DNA of 64,000 bases, taken from an uncultured Spirochaetaceae bacterium (GTDB taxonomy: Bacteria; Spirochaetota; Spirochaetia; SZUA-6; DRHE01). Positions 29,431-41,631 of the stretch are shown piece by piece. Every line of letters begins with the position of its first letter. Positions within the stretch are counted from its first letter, which is position 1. The notes beneath the pieces are model-generated. The model saw nothing but the letters and a program-made list of their open reading frames with translations. It was not told the DNA's origin and searched no databases. Both the position numbers and the translations under genes were made by a program. Location: positions 416 to 64,415 of the forward strand of contig CAYMEK010000019.1 of the NCBI GenBank assembly GCA_964389305.1, written 5' to 3'.

Positions 29431-30465
29431 TCAATAGCGTATGTTGTAGAAGCGTTTTCCCATATCTTTGAGATTTTCAAGGAACTTACCCGCACCCATG
29501 GCCACACACAGCAGCGGGTTTTCGGCCAGGATAACCGGCACGCCAGTTTCTTTGGAAACCAGCTTGGGGAAGCCCTTGAGCAGCGATCCACCCCCGGTCA
29601 TCACAATTCCCCTCTCCACGATGTCCGCGGCCAGCTCCGGAGGAGTCTCGCCCAGGGTCTTCTTGATCTCCTCGATGACCGTATACGTGGGCTCCTTGAG
29701 TGCTTCGCGGACCTCGACCGAGTCCATCTCCAGGCGCCGCGGCAGACCGGTAATGGCGTCGGTACCTTTGATCTCCATCTTCTCGATCTTCTTCTCAGGC
29801 GAGGCGTTGCCGATGGTGATCTTCACGTTCTCCGCCGTCGACTCGCCCACGATCAGATTATGGATGCTGCGCACGTGCTTGATGATCGCCTCGTCGAACT
29901 CGTCCCCTCCGACCCGGATGGCGTTGGAGACCACGACTCCACCCAGGGAGATCACCGAGATCTCGGTGGTGCCGCCGCCTACATCGGCGATCATGTGCCC
30001 CGCCGGCTCGAGAATCGGAATGTTCGCCCCCAACGCGGCGGCCATGGACTCCTCGATCAGGTACACTTCCCGGGCTCCGGCCTGTTCGGCGCTCTCCCGT
30101 ACCGCCCGCTTCTCAACCTCGGTGATGCAGGTGGGCACGCCTATGACCATCCGCGGCTTGACCAGCCAGCGCCGCGGTATAACCTTGGCAATGAAGTAGC
30201 GAATCATCTTCTCGGTAGTCTCGAAATCGGCGATCACCCCGTCACGCATCGGACGGATGGCGATGATGTCGCCCGGGGTTTTCCAAAGCATTCTCTTCGC
30301 TTCCGTACCCACCGCCACCACCCGCTTGGTTCCCCGCTCCACGGCCACGACCGAGGGCTCGGATAGAACTATTCCCTTTCCCTTGACGTGCACCAGGGTA
30401 TTGCAGGTACCCAGGTCGATTCCTATATCGGCTGAAAAGGCTTCAAACATCCCGCCAAGCCCCAT
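29431..30465 (-). CDS. mreB: Actin-like MreB
   Basis: [50 protein letters not shown]. Confidence 0.97.
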   Translation of the reverse strand: MGLGGMFEAFSADIGIDLGTCNTLVHVKGKGIVLSEPSVVAVERGTKRVVAVGTEAKRMLWKTPGDIIAIRPMRDGVIADFETTEKMIRYFIAKVIPRRWLVKPRMVIGVPTCITEVEKRAVRESAEQAGAREVYLIEESMAAALGANIPILEPAGHMIADVGGGTTEISVISLGGVVVSNAIRVGGDEFDEAIIKHVRSIHNLIVGESTAENVKITIGNASPEKKIEKMEIKGTDAITGLPRRLEMDSVEVREALKEPTYTVIEEIKKTLGETPPELAADIVERGIVMTGGGSLLKGFPKLVSKETGVPVILAENPLLCVAMGAGKFLENLKDMGKRFYNIRY

Positions 30466-30499
30466 AAAGTTCCTCCATCTAAGCTGCTTGTTGTTCGCT

Positions 30500-31444
30500 T
30501 CAACGATAGTATTTTAAACGCGCCCCGTAGTGCGACGGGTCGATGATCAGGGCCTTCCGCCATTCCGCCCGGGCCCTCACAGGATCGTTCATCTTAGAAT
30601 AGATTTCTCCTAAATAATAGTGGGCGTCTGCCGAGTTCTCGTCCAGGGCCAGTATCTCCTCGTATTGTTGCTCCGCCTTGAAGTAATCCTGGCGTTCAAA
30701 GTAAAGCTGTCCCAGGAGAAACCTGCTCCTCTTCTCCACAGCCCTGTCTTCGGTCTTGTTGACAGCCCGAATCAGGTACTCCTCAGCCTCCGCCGTGCTA
30801 CCAAGCTGCAAATAGCTCTGTCCAATCATTAAAAGCAGGAGGTCGGTCGGATTGATCTCCAGCGCCCGCTGGAAGTACTCCAGTCCCTCCTCAAGGCGAT
30901 CCAGCTGAGTGGCGGCCAGTCCCAGGTAGTCGTAGATATCCTCACGCTGATAGCCGGCCTCTAAAGCTCGCTCGAGGTACCTCAGGGTTAGGTCGTAGTA
31001 GAACTTGCCCTTGTGGTAGTAAGCTTTTCCCAGGATGTAGTCGGTTTCAGCGGACCAGCTATTATTCGGATCCAGCTTGGCTCGACGCAGGGAGACGATC
31101 GTTTCGTCCAGAAAAGGGATGCGCTCCTCCAGGGTCACTTCGGAAACGGCCCTGTAGAAGTAAGCGAATCCCCGGTACACCAGAGCGGTGGTATCGACCG
31201 GATTCTCCTTCAACCGTTCGTCGCAGCGGCCGACCAGCTCTTCGTACAGACGGTTCTGCCACAGCTCGTTCAAAGACTGCGATTCCGTTTCCGGCTCGAG
31301 CCAGGCCGCAATGCGCGGGACCCAACGCAGCCGCCAGGCCGTCAGCACTAGGAGGAGGACAGCCAGGACTATCAGTAGGATGAGCCATACTCTGCTCCTG
31401 CTCCTGCGCCGTTTGTATCTGTACCTTTCGACGTTCAGAATCAT
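30500..31444 (-). CDS. Membrane-anchored TPR protein
   Basis: N-terminal TM followed by multiple TPRs ([22 protein letters not shown]). Confidence 0.85.
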   Translation of the reverse strand: MILNVERYRYKRRRSRSRVWLILLIVLAVLLLVLTAWRLRWVPRIAAWLEPETESQSLNELWQNRLYEELVGRCDERLKENPVDTTALVYRGFAYFYRAVSEVTLEERIPFLDETIVSLRRAKLDPNNSWSAETDYILGKAYYHKGKFYYDLTLRYLERALEAGYQREDIYDYLGLAATQLDRLEEGLEYFQRALEINPTDLLLLMIGQSYLQLGSTAEAEEYLIRAVNKTEDRAVEKRSRFLLGQLYFERQDYFKAEQQYEEILALDENSADAHYYLGEIYSKMNDPVRARAEWRKALIIDPSHYGARLKYYR

Positions 31445-31460
31445 GGCTTACAGTATAAAA

Positions 31461-31851
31461 AGGGGCAGGTCGGTAAGCCGGGTTCTGTCAACGGGCCATC
31501 ATCTATCTGGCTGAAAGCGTTGCCGCCTTCAGATCTTGCAGTCCACCCGCAGGCTTGCGGCCAGAGCAACCTTCGCCTGCTGCTTGACTTTGCTCCTGAT
31601 GAGGCTTGCCGTACCCCGTACGTTGCCGCACAGGTGGTGGGCTCTTACCCCGCCTTTTCACCCTTACCCGCATCGCCTGCTCTTGCGAACAGACAGCGGG
31701 CGGTATCTTTTCTGTGGCGCTGTCTGTTGCCGCGCTCTTGGGAATCGCGACACCCGGGCATTACCCGGCATCATACTCTGAGGAGCCCGGACTTTCCTCC
31801 AAGGCCGCCGTCAACCGGCTGCACGCCTCAGCGATGACCTGACCTACCCCT
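31461..31851 (-). ncRNA. rnpB: RNase P RNA (bacterial type A)
   Basis: Minus strand contains GAGGAAAGTCCGGGCTC, GGTAAGAGCCCACC, GAGCAAAGTCAA and the 3' ACAGAACCCGGCTTAC. P1 helix AGGGGTAGGTC/GACCTGCCCCT closes the ends. Confidence 0.97.
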
Positions 31852-31930
31852 CTTCTTATTATCGGAAAATTACAGGAACATCAATGGTCTATCGAAGCGG
31901 ACTTTGGGGCCGTGGCAGTATTCTGGGGTG

Positions 31931-32749
31931 CTACTCATCGCTATCCGGCGCGGACTCCTCCTCGGCCTCCTCTTCCTCTTCACTCTCCTCTTCCTCCTCG
32001 CCGGACTCCTCCTCTTCTTCGTTGTGCTCCTCTATTTCTTCCGGCTGGAAGAACAGGATACGGCTGCAGTAGGGGCAGAACATGATCCCTTCGCCCTTAC
32101 GAATGTCGTTGACATACTGTACGGTCAGGATCATGTGGCAGCCGCTGCACACGCCGTGCTCGATAGGCACAATGCCTAGCCCGGCTTTGCTCCTGATAAT
32201 GCGCTCGAACTTGAACAGAATCTCCTCGTCCAACCCCGGAGTGATGGACTTTTCGGACTTCTCGAGGGTTTTCAGCTCCTTGTTCTTCGCCTGCAACGCT
32301 TCTTTGATGCGGGATTGCTCCTTGCGAACCTCTTCCTCCTGCTTGCCGATCATGGACTCGTCTTTTTCGAGATTCACCTTCATCTCGGCGAGCAGCTGCT
32401 CTTCACGTTGCAGGTCCCGCCGCAGGTCCTGTTCCTTTTCCCCTGAGTCTTTTATCTCCTTGTCGAGGGCCTCATACTCGCGCTGTGTCTGAATAAGGTC
32501 CATCTGCTGCTCGAACCCTTCGCGCACCCTCTCCGCTTCGATGGCTTTGTTCCTTAGCTCGTCGATATAGCGGCTTTTAGTTTCGTACTCCTGTGTCTTC
32601 TCCAGATAGGACTTTTTCATTCTGTTGAGCAGCTCGGTTCTCGTAGCCAGGATCTTCGGGATCTCCTCCATTTCCTGTTCGACTTCGAACTTCTTGGACA
32701 GAACTTCCTGAAGAGACCGCAGCTTGTCGAACACCTCTTTCATAACCAT
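31931..32749 (-). CDS. Coiled-coil C4 zinc-ribbon protein (DUF164, CT398/HP0958-like) with an acidic tail
   Basis: Long coiled coil, REYEALDKEI, CSGCHM...CPYCSRIL; lies between rpoD and rnpB. Confidence 0.9.
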   Translation of the reverse strand: MVMKEVFDKLRSLQEVLSKKFEVEQEMEEIPKILATRTELLNRMKKSYLEKTQEYETKSRYIDELRNKAIEAERVREGFEQQMDLIQTQREYEALDKEIKDSGEKEQDLRRDLQREEQLLAEMKVNLEKDESMIGKQEEEVRKEQSRIKEALQAKNKELKTLEKSEKSITPGLDEEILFKFERIIRSKAGLGIVPIEHGVCSGCHMILTVQYVNDIRKGEGIMFCPYCSRILFFQPEEIEEHNEEEEESGEEEEESEEEEEAEEESAPDSDE

Positions 32750-32769
32750 CTGCTTTTCCCCTTCCCGTA

Positions 32770-34480
<1,711 letters not shown>

Positions 34481-34500
<20 letters not shown>

Positions 34501-36241
34501 CCATGCTCACCTTTAAACTCTGTAGTTCTTCGTCTAAATACATCTTTTCGGCCAGAAGCTCTTTTAGCTTCACCGGGTCTTTGTCCCTGGCCAGGGCGGA
34601 CACCAATGCTCGCTGCTTCTTCTCCAGGCTGCGTCTGCGAATCTTCTTCAAGCCGTCTTGAATCATCTTCTGCGGATTGAGCATGAACTCCCCGGAAGCG
34701 GCCTTTTCCAGCAGCAGCGCCTTCAGCTCGGCATCCTCCAGCCGCTGCAGCAGCAGCTCCTCCGTTGTTTCCCCCTGCCGGAAGCACTCCTCCAGCGCGA
34801 CGAACACTTTCCGGGCCCTGATGTCCTCCAAATCGTCTACGGCGATGGTATTCCTGACCTTGGGAAAGTATTCGCGGTTGACTGCAACTACAAGTAGAAA
34901 GAACAGGTCTGCAGAGATGCTCTGCACCTCCCCTATTTGAAGCGAGTCTTTTTTTTCTATGGATCGCCCTAACCCCCGTAAAAGATCGCTACGCACGGAC
35001 TCAAAGTCAACCCCCAGGTCTTCGGCCAGCAGACGGAGATAGCCGTCTCGCTTGACCTGTGAATCGATGGAAGATAGATAAGAGGTTAAGTGCCTGATGA
35101 CAGCCCGCTTGCCATCCGGACTCCTGGTATCGTATTTCGACCGCGCCGTGTTCAGATAGAACTGGAAACCATTTATATGATATTTCACTTTTTTTTGCAA
35201 CGCCGCCGGCCCTTCTTTTTCGAGAATTTCCGCCGGGTCCTTGCCTCCTTCCAGCATGACCACCTCGGCGGCCAGGTCATGCCGCTCGCAGATAAGAATG
35301 GCCCGCTCGGTAGCTCGAAGGCCCGCCTCATCCGCATCGAATAGCAGCAGCCCCCTCGAGGCATAGCGTTTCAGTCTTCGTACCTGCTCTTCGGTAACCG
35401 CAGTTCCCAACGGAGCTACGGCATTTTCGACGCCGGCCTGGTAGAGAGCCAGCACATCCATGTAGCCCTCCACCAGCAGGAAAGAACCTTCCCGCCGGAT
35501 CTGCTGGTATACCCCGGAGCAGCCGTAGAGGTTTTCCCTTTTTCTGAAAAATCCTGTCTCGGGAGAGTTAAGGTATTTGGGCTGAACATCGGAGCTAAGT
35601 GTACGGCCGCCGAAGGCGAGCACCTCATTCCTGTGATTCATGATGGGAAAGACGATGCGCTGTCGAAACAGAGCAACCAGCTCCTTCCGGCCGGAAACGA
35701 ACAAACCGGAGTCCAGCAGGAACTCGCTGGAATACTTTTTTTCGAGCAGGAACCTGCCCAACCATCCACTGGCGGCTGGGGCGTAGCCAAGCTGGAATCT
35801 GTCCCAGGTCTCCCTTCTCAGGCCTCTTTGGTCTAGATAGGAGCGAGCCGCCTCCGCTTCCGGGCGATTGATGAGCAAGTGATGAAACATGCCGGCCACC
35901 CGCCGGTAAAGCTCAAGATAGGCATCCCTCTTCCTGGTGTCCCCCTGCTCCAGCTCTATCTCCACGCCCGCCTTCTCTGCCAGCAGCCGGACAGCCTCCA
36001 CGAAGGAAAGCTTCTCCATCTCCATGATGAAGGTGAACAGGCTGCCTCCCTTATGACAGCCGAAGCAGTAGAACAAGGACTTCTCCGGATTTACCGTGAA
36101 AGAAGGGGTCTTCTCCGCATGGAACGGGCACAATCCCCATAACCTGCCGCCTCTGCTCTGAAGTCGTACGTACTCCGATACAACCTCGGCCATGTCGAGA
36201 CGATCGGTAATCCTGGCGAGGACGGAATCGGGAATTCTCAT
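34481..36241 (-). CDS. dnaG: DNA primase
   Basis: [15 protein letters not shown] zinc finger, [23 protein letters not shown] Toprim, GKDP. Confidence 0.97.
35172..35200 (-). promoter_or_regulatory. Putative internal promoter in dnaG for rpoD
   Basis: TTGCAA-17 bp-TATAAA in a conspicuously AT-rich patch of dnaG. Confidence 0.5.
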
Positions 36242-36262
36242 ATCATTGCCGACACGTGCCCC

Positions 36263-37303
36263 TCAGCCTCCGGAACCTACATGTTTCAGGTAGTAGTATT
36301 TTGCCCAGTTGTGTTCCTTCAGATCTTCCGAGAAGTAATGTTGCCCCGTGCCCGAGTCTTTGAGCACGAAATAGTAGTAATCGGTGGCGGCCGGATGGAA
36401 CGCAGCATCGAGGGCTACGATTCCCGGATTGGAGATCGGCCCAGGAGGCAAGCCGGCCCACTTGTAGGTGTTGTACGGGGAGTCGATGAGCTTGTCCTCG
36501 GCGGAGAGGTAGCTCGGATGGGGCTTGTTCTGGATGTCCGTGATGATGTATTCCAGAGTAGCGCACGATTCCAGTCCGATGTTGTGCCGCAGCCGATTGT
36601 AGAATACCGAGGCGATCAACGGAGCTTCTTCAGCCCTACGATATTCACGCTCTACGATCGAGGCCATGATTACGGTATCGTGGAGCTTACGCCGGTCCCA
36701 GTCCAAGGCTTCCGGGGCTACACTGCCCAGGTTGGCGAAGAAGTTGTTCACCATTTCCTCCAACACCCCGTAGACAGGATAGTCTTTCGGGAAATAGTAG
36801 GTGTCGGGAAACAGGTATCCTTCAAGGCTGTCGGCTGGGATCCCGTACTGCTCGAGCAATGCGGGTGAGGAGGCGGCTTTCAAGAACTCCTCCCGGCCCG
36901 CCACTGACTTTTTCTCGACATAGGCTGCGATTGTCTTCAGAGTCCAGCCTTCGGGAATGGTCAACTTGACCTGCTCCTGATAGCCGGAAACGAGCAGGTT
37001 GTGGATGTCGATGGTGCTGTCGTCCGGTAGAATGCGGAAATAACCGCTCTTGAACGAAGTCTCGGTGTCTTGCAGGCGGCTGAACAACGTCAGGAACAGG
37101 GCGGAACGGATCAATCCCTGCTGCTCCAGTCTGGCCGCTATAGCGGAGAGATTTTCCCCCCTCAACACCTTGAATACGTCCCCTTCCTCGGGGATCCGGT
37201 CCGAAGGGCTGTTCAGATGGTACAGGTATGCTCCCGCGCCGAGAAGCAGCAGTGCAATCACTGTCAGGAATACAAAGATTCCCCTGGCGAGTTTTCTTGC
37301 CAT
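36263..37303 (-). CDS. mltG: Endolytic transglycosylase MltG
   Basis: LTIPEG, LEGYLFPDTY, ASIVERE, IASVFYNRL, SPYNTY..GLPPGPISNPG. Confidence 0.96.
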   Translation of the reverse strand: MARKLARGIFVFLTVIALLLLGAGAYLYHLNSPSDRIPEEGDVFKVLRGENLSAIAARLEQQGLIRSALFLTLFSRLQDTETSFKSGYFRILPDDSTIDIHNLLVSGYQEQVKLTIPEGWTLKTIAAYVEKKSVAGREEFLKAASSPALLEQYGIPADSLEGYLFPDTYYFPKDYPVYGVLEEMVNNFFANLGSVAPEALDWDRRKLHDTVIMASIVEREYRRAEEAPLIASVFYNRLRHNIGLESCATLEYIITDIQNKPHPSYLSAEDKLIDSPYNTYKWAGLPPGPISNPGIVALDAAFHPAATDYYYFVLKDSGTGQHYFSEDLKEHNWAKYYYLKHVGSGG

Positions 37304-37330
37304 AGCTCGCTTAGAACCTTGTGTCCGGAC

Positions 37331-40300
37331 CTACTTCTTGATGAGGATGAACTCCACCCGTCTGTTCTTCCACCGGTTCTCCTCGTCATCGAAGGGTACT
37401 ATAGGATTCGAACCTCCGAGCCCGGTCACGGATATGCGGCCGGCATCGAGTCCGAGCTTCACCAGTGCCTGTTTCACGGCTTCGGCCCGGGCCAGGGAGA
37501 GGGGTATCAGCTCTTCCCGGTTCTCCTTCTCCGCCTCATCCTTACTCCAGTAGCGGGTGATGTTGGCGTGCCCCTCGATACGAATCTGGTAAGCGCTGTA
37601 TTTCTTGAAGATCTCGAACAACCGCTGCAAGGTCTTGTCGTTCCTGGCCGCCTTGTCCGCTTCGGTTACGGCGGAAAGATCAGCCGAATTGGGCGGGAAA
37701 GTAATGCTGGCGATGCGGATCTTCAGCTTGTCTCCTTCTCGAATGACCAGTACATCCACGGGAATCAGCCGCTCGACCGTCTCGACGTTTCCCAGCTTGT
37801 CCCGGAGGGTAATCCGCAGCGGGTAGTCCTCTGCCGACTGGACCAACTCGCCGGTGTCGGACAGGCCGTCCCACAGAATGCGTTCCGAAGGCCTGCCGCG
37901 GCCGTTATAAGTCAGGAAGGGCTGGCCTACCGGATCGAGGATCTCCAATCGCCAGTCCTCGATTCCCGACAGGTCGCTTACCTTCATGGTTATGAACAGC
38001 TCGTCATCCACCCCGTCATTGTCCGGCGAAAACGGCTGCGGCGATATCGTAAGATCGACCTCCGGCGGGGAGACGTCTAGCTTAAAGGGAGTGCTCTGCG
38101 CCTGCGGCCTGTTTCCCTTGGTGTAGATCACCTTCATCGAAGCCGTGTAACTTCCCTCCTGGGCCAGACCGCCATTCTGGCGTCCATTCCAGACGATGCT
38201 GGAGGGAACCGGTGGGCCGCCGCCGAAGGTCTTCTGTACTCCAGCCTGTTCATGCACCATCTCGAGGGACCAGGACTGGATGCCCTCGGCCAGCCCTACG
38301 TAGGGCTTGAACTCGATCGAATCGGCCTTTCCGTCCCCGTTCGGGCTGAATCCGTCACTCGAAGCGGTGATGAACACCGAGGTGACCCGGGTGTCGATCT
38401 GGAGACCCTTCAGCTCCTTGGAGATGCTGTTCCCGGCCAGGTCCGTGCTCCTGACCCGGTAGCTGTACTGGCCGTCGGGAATCTTGTTTCCGTTTTCGTC
38501 TTTGCCGTCCCACTGGAACGAAGCCGCCTGCCCCTTCCAGTAGTAGCTTCGCACCACCTCGCCCTTGGCGTTGCGGAACTCGCCCTCCCAAAGCGTCTCC
38601 GCGCTCGATTTCTGGCGTATGGGCAGCCCGTCCTTCTGCCCGTCTCCATCCGGGCTGAAGAGGCTGTATTCGGCGCTTACTTCGATAGTGGGAGCCTGGG
38701 TGTCGATCGTAAACGGCGAGGTCTGGACCTGGTGGTGGTCGCCCTTGAGGTAGTCGAGAACCAGCTCTGCTCGGTATTCGCCGTCGGCCAGGCGGCGTCC
38801 CCGGCCGTCGAGGCCGTCCCAGGCAAACTCCTGGGGTGCCCGGTTCTGACCTTCCACGCTGCGCACTACCTGGCCGCCTGAATCCAGGATGCGCAGCTCG
38901 TAGCTGGCGACCCCCTGGGCGACTTTGAGCCTGGGCTGGATGTTGATTCGATCTTTCACGCCGTCTGCGTTGGGGCTGAAGACGGCCAGATCCGTGGACA
39001 CGAACACCTCGGTCTCCTGGGTGTTGATCTCGAAGCGGATCTTCTTGGACTCGCCCCGGTTTCCGGCCCGGTCCGTCGCCCTCAGGCTGTAGAAGTAGAT
39101 ACCATCGGGGACCAGCTCGCCGGCATCGGAACGTCCGCCCCATTGTATCCTGGCTTCCGCCAGCCCGCGCCAGGAGAAGCTGCGCACTGCCCGCCCGTCG
39201 ATATCTTCTATCAATCCGGTCCAAAGGGGCTCCTCCGAGGTTTCCTGGTACAGCGTCACTACATCCTTGTTGCCGTCTCCATCGGGGGAGAAGATGGCCA
39301 GATCGGCACTTACCGAAGCGGAAGGCTGTGTCAGATCGATCGTGAAAATCGGGGACTCGGCGGTCGGATTATTGCCGTTTTCGTACAGCACCTCGAGCCT
39401 GCCCGTATACGAAGCCTCGGGCAGCACGGTTCCCTCATCGCTCTCGCCGTCGAAGCTGAGGCTGGCGGGAATCGACCTGGCCCCGCTGAAGCTGCGGCCG
39501 ACCGTGCCTTCTCGATCGACCACTTGGAGGGTCCAGCTCTCTATGCCTTTTGTGACCGGCACATCGAGGGAAAACTGCAAGGCATCCTTGGTTCCATCTC
39601 CGTTGGGAGAAAAATAGGATTCGCTGATGCTGATATTGATCGGGGTGGCCTGGGTGTCGATCAGTATGTTGCCCACCTCGGCCGAAACCCTGTTGCCGGC
39701 CTGGTCGGTGGAGGATATTCGGTAGGCGTACACCCCGTCGGCGGCCAGCAGGCCCTCTGCGTTCCGGCCATCCCATTCCATCGATACCGGCTCGCTGTTT
39801 TCCCAGCTAAAGCCGATGATTTCCTCGCCGCCGGCATCAACGATAGCAGCTTTCCACAGAAGCTCCTGGGAACCACTTTGCTCGATCGGCAGCACGTCCT
39901 TGTTGCCATCGTTGTTCGGGGAGAAGATCAGATACGGAGTGCTCACCTCGATCGACGGGGCCGTATTGTCGACGATAACCGTGCCGGTCTCGCTCCTGCC
40001 TGTATTTCCATTGTCGTCCCAGGCTTCCAGCATGAAGGTATAGCTTCCGTCGGCTACAACGCTGCCTTTGTCGGACCGCCCATCCCAACGGATCTGCTCC
40101 GGCACACTGATGCCGGTTTTAACATAAGCCAGCCGGGCCAGGACGTTCTTGAAGGTTACATTCTCGGGCCGTTCGTCCTTGTTGACGATCTCCCTCACCT
40201 GGCCGCCCTGGGCGTCGAGAATTAAAAACCTGTAGCCCTTGATAAAACGCTCGTCACTGATGCTTAACTCTTTCACCAGAGCGTCCTGAGTTCCGTCAAA

Positions 40301-41302
40301 ATTGGGCGATATATACTCCTTTTGGGTATCCAGCTCGATGACCGGGGGCTCGCGGTCGATCACACCTATAGGAAGATTCGCACCCGCTCCGAGCGCCCAA
40401 ATACCGTTTTGCAGCGGCGCAGCCGCTGCGGTAGTCGTCAGCTCGCTCTGCACGTTCTTCACCGAAGTACCCAGCTTGACCGAGACTCCGAAAGAGATCG
40501 GGATATCCCGCATGTCTTCCGGGGTCAACTCGCGCACGTCGAAACTGCTTCCCAGGTGCAGGAAAAGGCGATCGGCGATCGCCAGCCGCGTTCCCAGATT
40601 GAACCACAGGTTTTGAAAACCCGGTAGAGAAAGATCCGAGTGCCAGGACCAGATGAGCTTCTCCTGTTCCAGTAAATTGAAGCTGACTCCGGCCGCCGGG
40701 GTGAAGGCCTGCGGGGAAGCCGTATAGCCCCTAACCGGCTCGAATGGCTTGCCCAGCCCGCGCAGGGCCACCCCCCAGCGGAAATCCTTCATGAAGCCGA
40801 TATCTCCCGGCAGGTGAATGAAGCCGAGATCCAGACCCAGTCCCCAGTCGCCTCCGAACTGGGCCTGCAGACCGGCTCCCACCAACAGCTTGGGAAACAG
40901 ATCCTTGGCGAAGGAGACATTCAGCCCCAGGAAATCACCCAGTTTGATGCTATCGAAGTCCACGGAGATATAATGCAGACTGGAGCTGAGCACTCCGGCT
41001 TTTGTGGGCCAGGTTACGCCTCCGTTGATGGCGTGCCCCCAACCGGAATCCTCGTCACTCGTGCCGATAAGCGCCAGGTAGCTGGCATCGAAGGTCAGCC
41101 TCTGGGCGGCGCCGGAGGCGGCCGGGTTGAGGACATCCGCCGCGGGAGACAAATCGGAAACCGAGTTCGTCCCCTCGGCCAGGAAATACGGAGCGTAGAG
41201 ATCGAACAAAACGCTGCTTCCCGGTGGAGGATTGAACTGAGCGAAGGCAGGAATCGCTAAAGCGGCAAACAAGACGCCCAGAATCCAAACTTTTTTCTTC
41301 AT
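37331..41302 (-). CDS. OmpA-family protein with an N-terminal barrel-like region and 8 FlgD/T9SS-CTD-like Ig repeats
   Basis: Signal peptide; LNPAASG motif; eight [FI]SP[ND]xDGxxD + [WF]xG repeats; C-terminal IEGHAN..LSLARAEAVK..NRRVEF. Confidence 0.9.
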   Translation of the reverse strand: MKKKVWILGVLFAALAIPAFAQFNPPPGSSVLFDLYAPYFLAEGTNSVSDLSPAADVLNPAASGAAQRLTFDASYLALIGTSDEDSGWGHAINGGVTWPTKAGVLSSSLHYISVDFDSIKLGDFLGLNVSFAKDLFPKLLVGAGLQAQFGGDWGLGLDLGFIHLPGDIGFMKDFRWGVALRGLGKPFEPVRGYTASPQAFTPAAGVSFNLLEQEKLIWSWHSDLSLPGFQNLWFNLGTRLAIADRLFLHLGSSFDVRELTPEDMRDIPISFGVSVKLGTSVKNVQSELTTTAAAAPLQNGIWALGAGANLPIGVIDREPPVIELDTQKEYISPNFDGTQDALVKELSISDERFIKGYRFLILDAQGGQVREIVNKDERPENVTFKNVLARLAYVKTGISVPEQIRWDGRSDKGSVVADGSYTFMLEAWDDNGNTGRSETGTVIVDNTAPSIEVSTPYLIFSPNNDGNKDVLPIEQSGSQELLWKAAIVDAGGEEIIGFSWENSEPVSMEWDGRNAEGLLAADGVYAYRISSTDQAGNRVSAEVGNILIDTQATPINISISESYFSPNGDGTKDALQFSLDVPVTKGIESWTLQVVDREGTVGRSFSGARSIPASLSFDGESDEGTVLPEASYTGRLEVLYENGNNPTAESPIFTIDLTQPSASVSADLAIFSPDGDGNKDVVTLYQETSEEPLWTGLIEDIDGRAVRSFSWRGLAEARIQWGGRSDAGELVPDGIYFYSLRATDRAGNRGESKKIRFEINTQETEVFVSTDLAVFSPNADGVKDRINIQPRLKVAQGVASYELRILDSGGQVVRSVEGQNRAPQEFAWDGLDGRGRRLADGEYRAELVLDYLKGDHHQVQTSPFTIDTQAPTIEVSAEYSLFSPDGDGQKDGLPIRQKSSAETLWEGEFRNAKGEVVRSYYWKGQAASFQWDGKDENGNKIPDGQYSYRVRSTDLAGNSISKELKGLQIDTRVTSVFITASSDGFSPNGDGKADSIEFKPYVGLAEGIQSWSLEMVHEQAGVQKTFGGGPPVPSSIVWNGRQNGGLAQEGSYTASMKVIYTKGNRPQAQSTPFKLDVSPPEVDLTISPQPFSPDNDGVDDELFITMKVSDLSGIEDWRLEILDPVGQPFLTYNGRGRPSERILWDGLSDTGELVQSAEDYPLRITLRDKLGNVETVERLIPVDVLVIREGDKLKIRIASITFPPNSADLSAVTEADKAARNDKTLQRLFEIFKKYSAYQIRIEGHANITRYWSKDEAEKENREELIPLSLARAEAVKQALVKLGLDAGRISVTGLGGSNPIVPFDDEENRWKNRRVEFILIKK

Positions 41303-41424
41303 AGCGCCCCCCTGGCGGTTTTCTCCGCAGCGGCTCTGCGTCCGTTGCCGCCCTTAGAGCGGTCAACGATCCGAGCAGACTGCGGTCCGACACTTCTCAA
41401 ATTTATAGCTCCGGATGGCCAAAT

Positions 41425-41631
41425 TCAAATCTTTTTATTGTACAGCTTCTCGATATCCTCGAACTCAGCGATAGTGAGCTGCCTGTACAGCTCCCGCTCC
41501 AGCCTGTTCATGAGGGCCAGCATCGTAACATCCAGCTCCGCTTCCCGGACCTTCAGGAGCAGGTAGACACCCAGCGCCTCGCGGCCCTGCAGGGTGAAAC
41601 CGCCGCTCGCGAACAACTTCTCAGAGTGCAA
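41425..41631 (-). CDS. Small hypothetical helical protein
   Basis: 68-aa ORF overlapping the MBL stop, GGAGG upstream, protein-like composition. Confidence 0.6.
   Translation of the reverse strand: MHSEKLFASGGFTLQGREALGVYLLLKVREAELDVTMLALMNRLERELYRQLTIAEFEDIEKLYNKKI

Noticed and set aside
28678-30366. 562-aa plus-strand ORF and similar long antisense ORFs (3176-4228, 10004-11320, 11882-13153, 46437-47819)
   Set aside because: They lie opposite well-supported genes; stop-poor reverse frames are expected at high GC3.
31520-31842. Three short plus-strand ORFs
   Set aside because: They are antisense to the RNase P RNA gene.
35189-35196. Phase-variable or frameshifting A8 tract in dnaG
   Set aside because: The frame is intact in an essential gene; the tract is better explained as part of an internal promoter.
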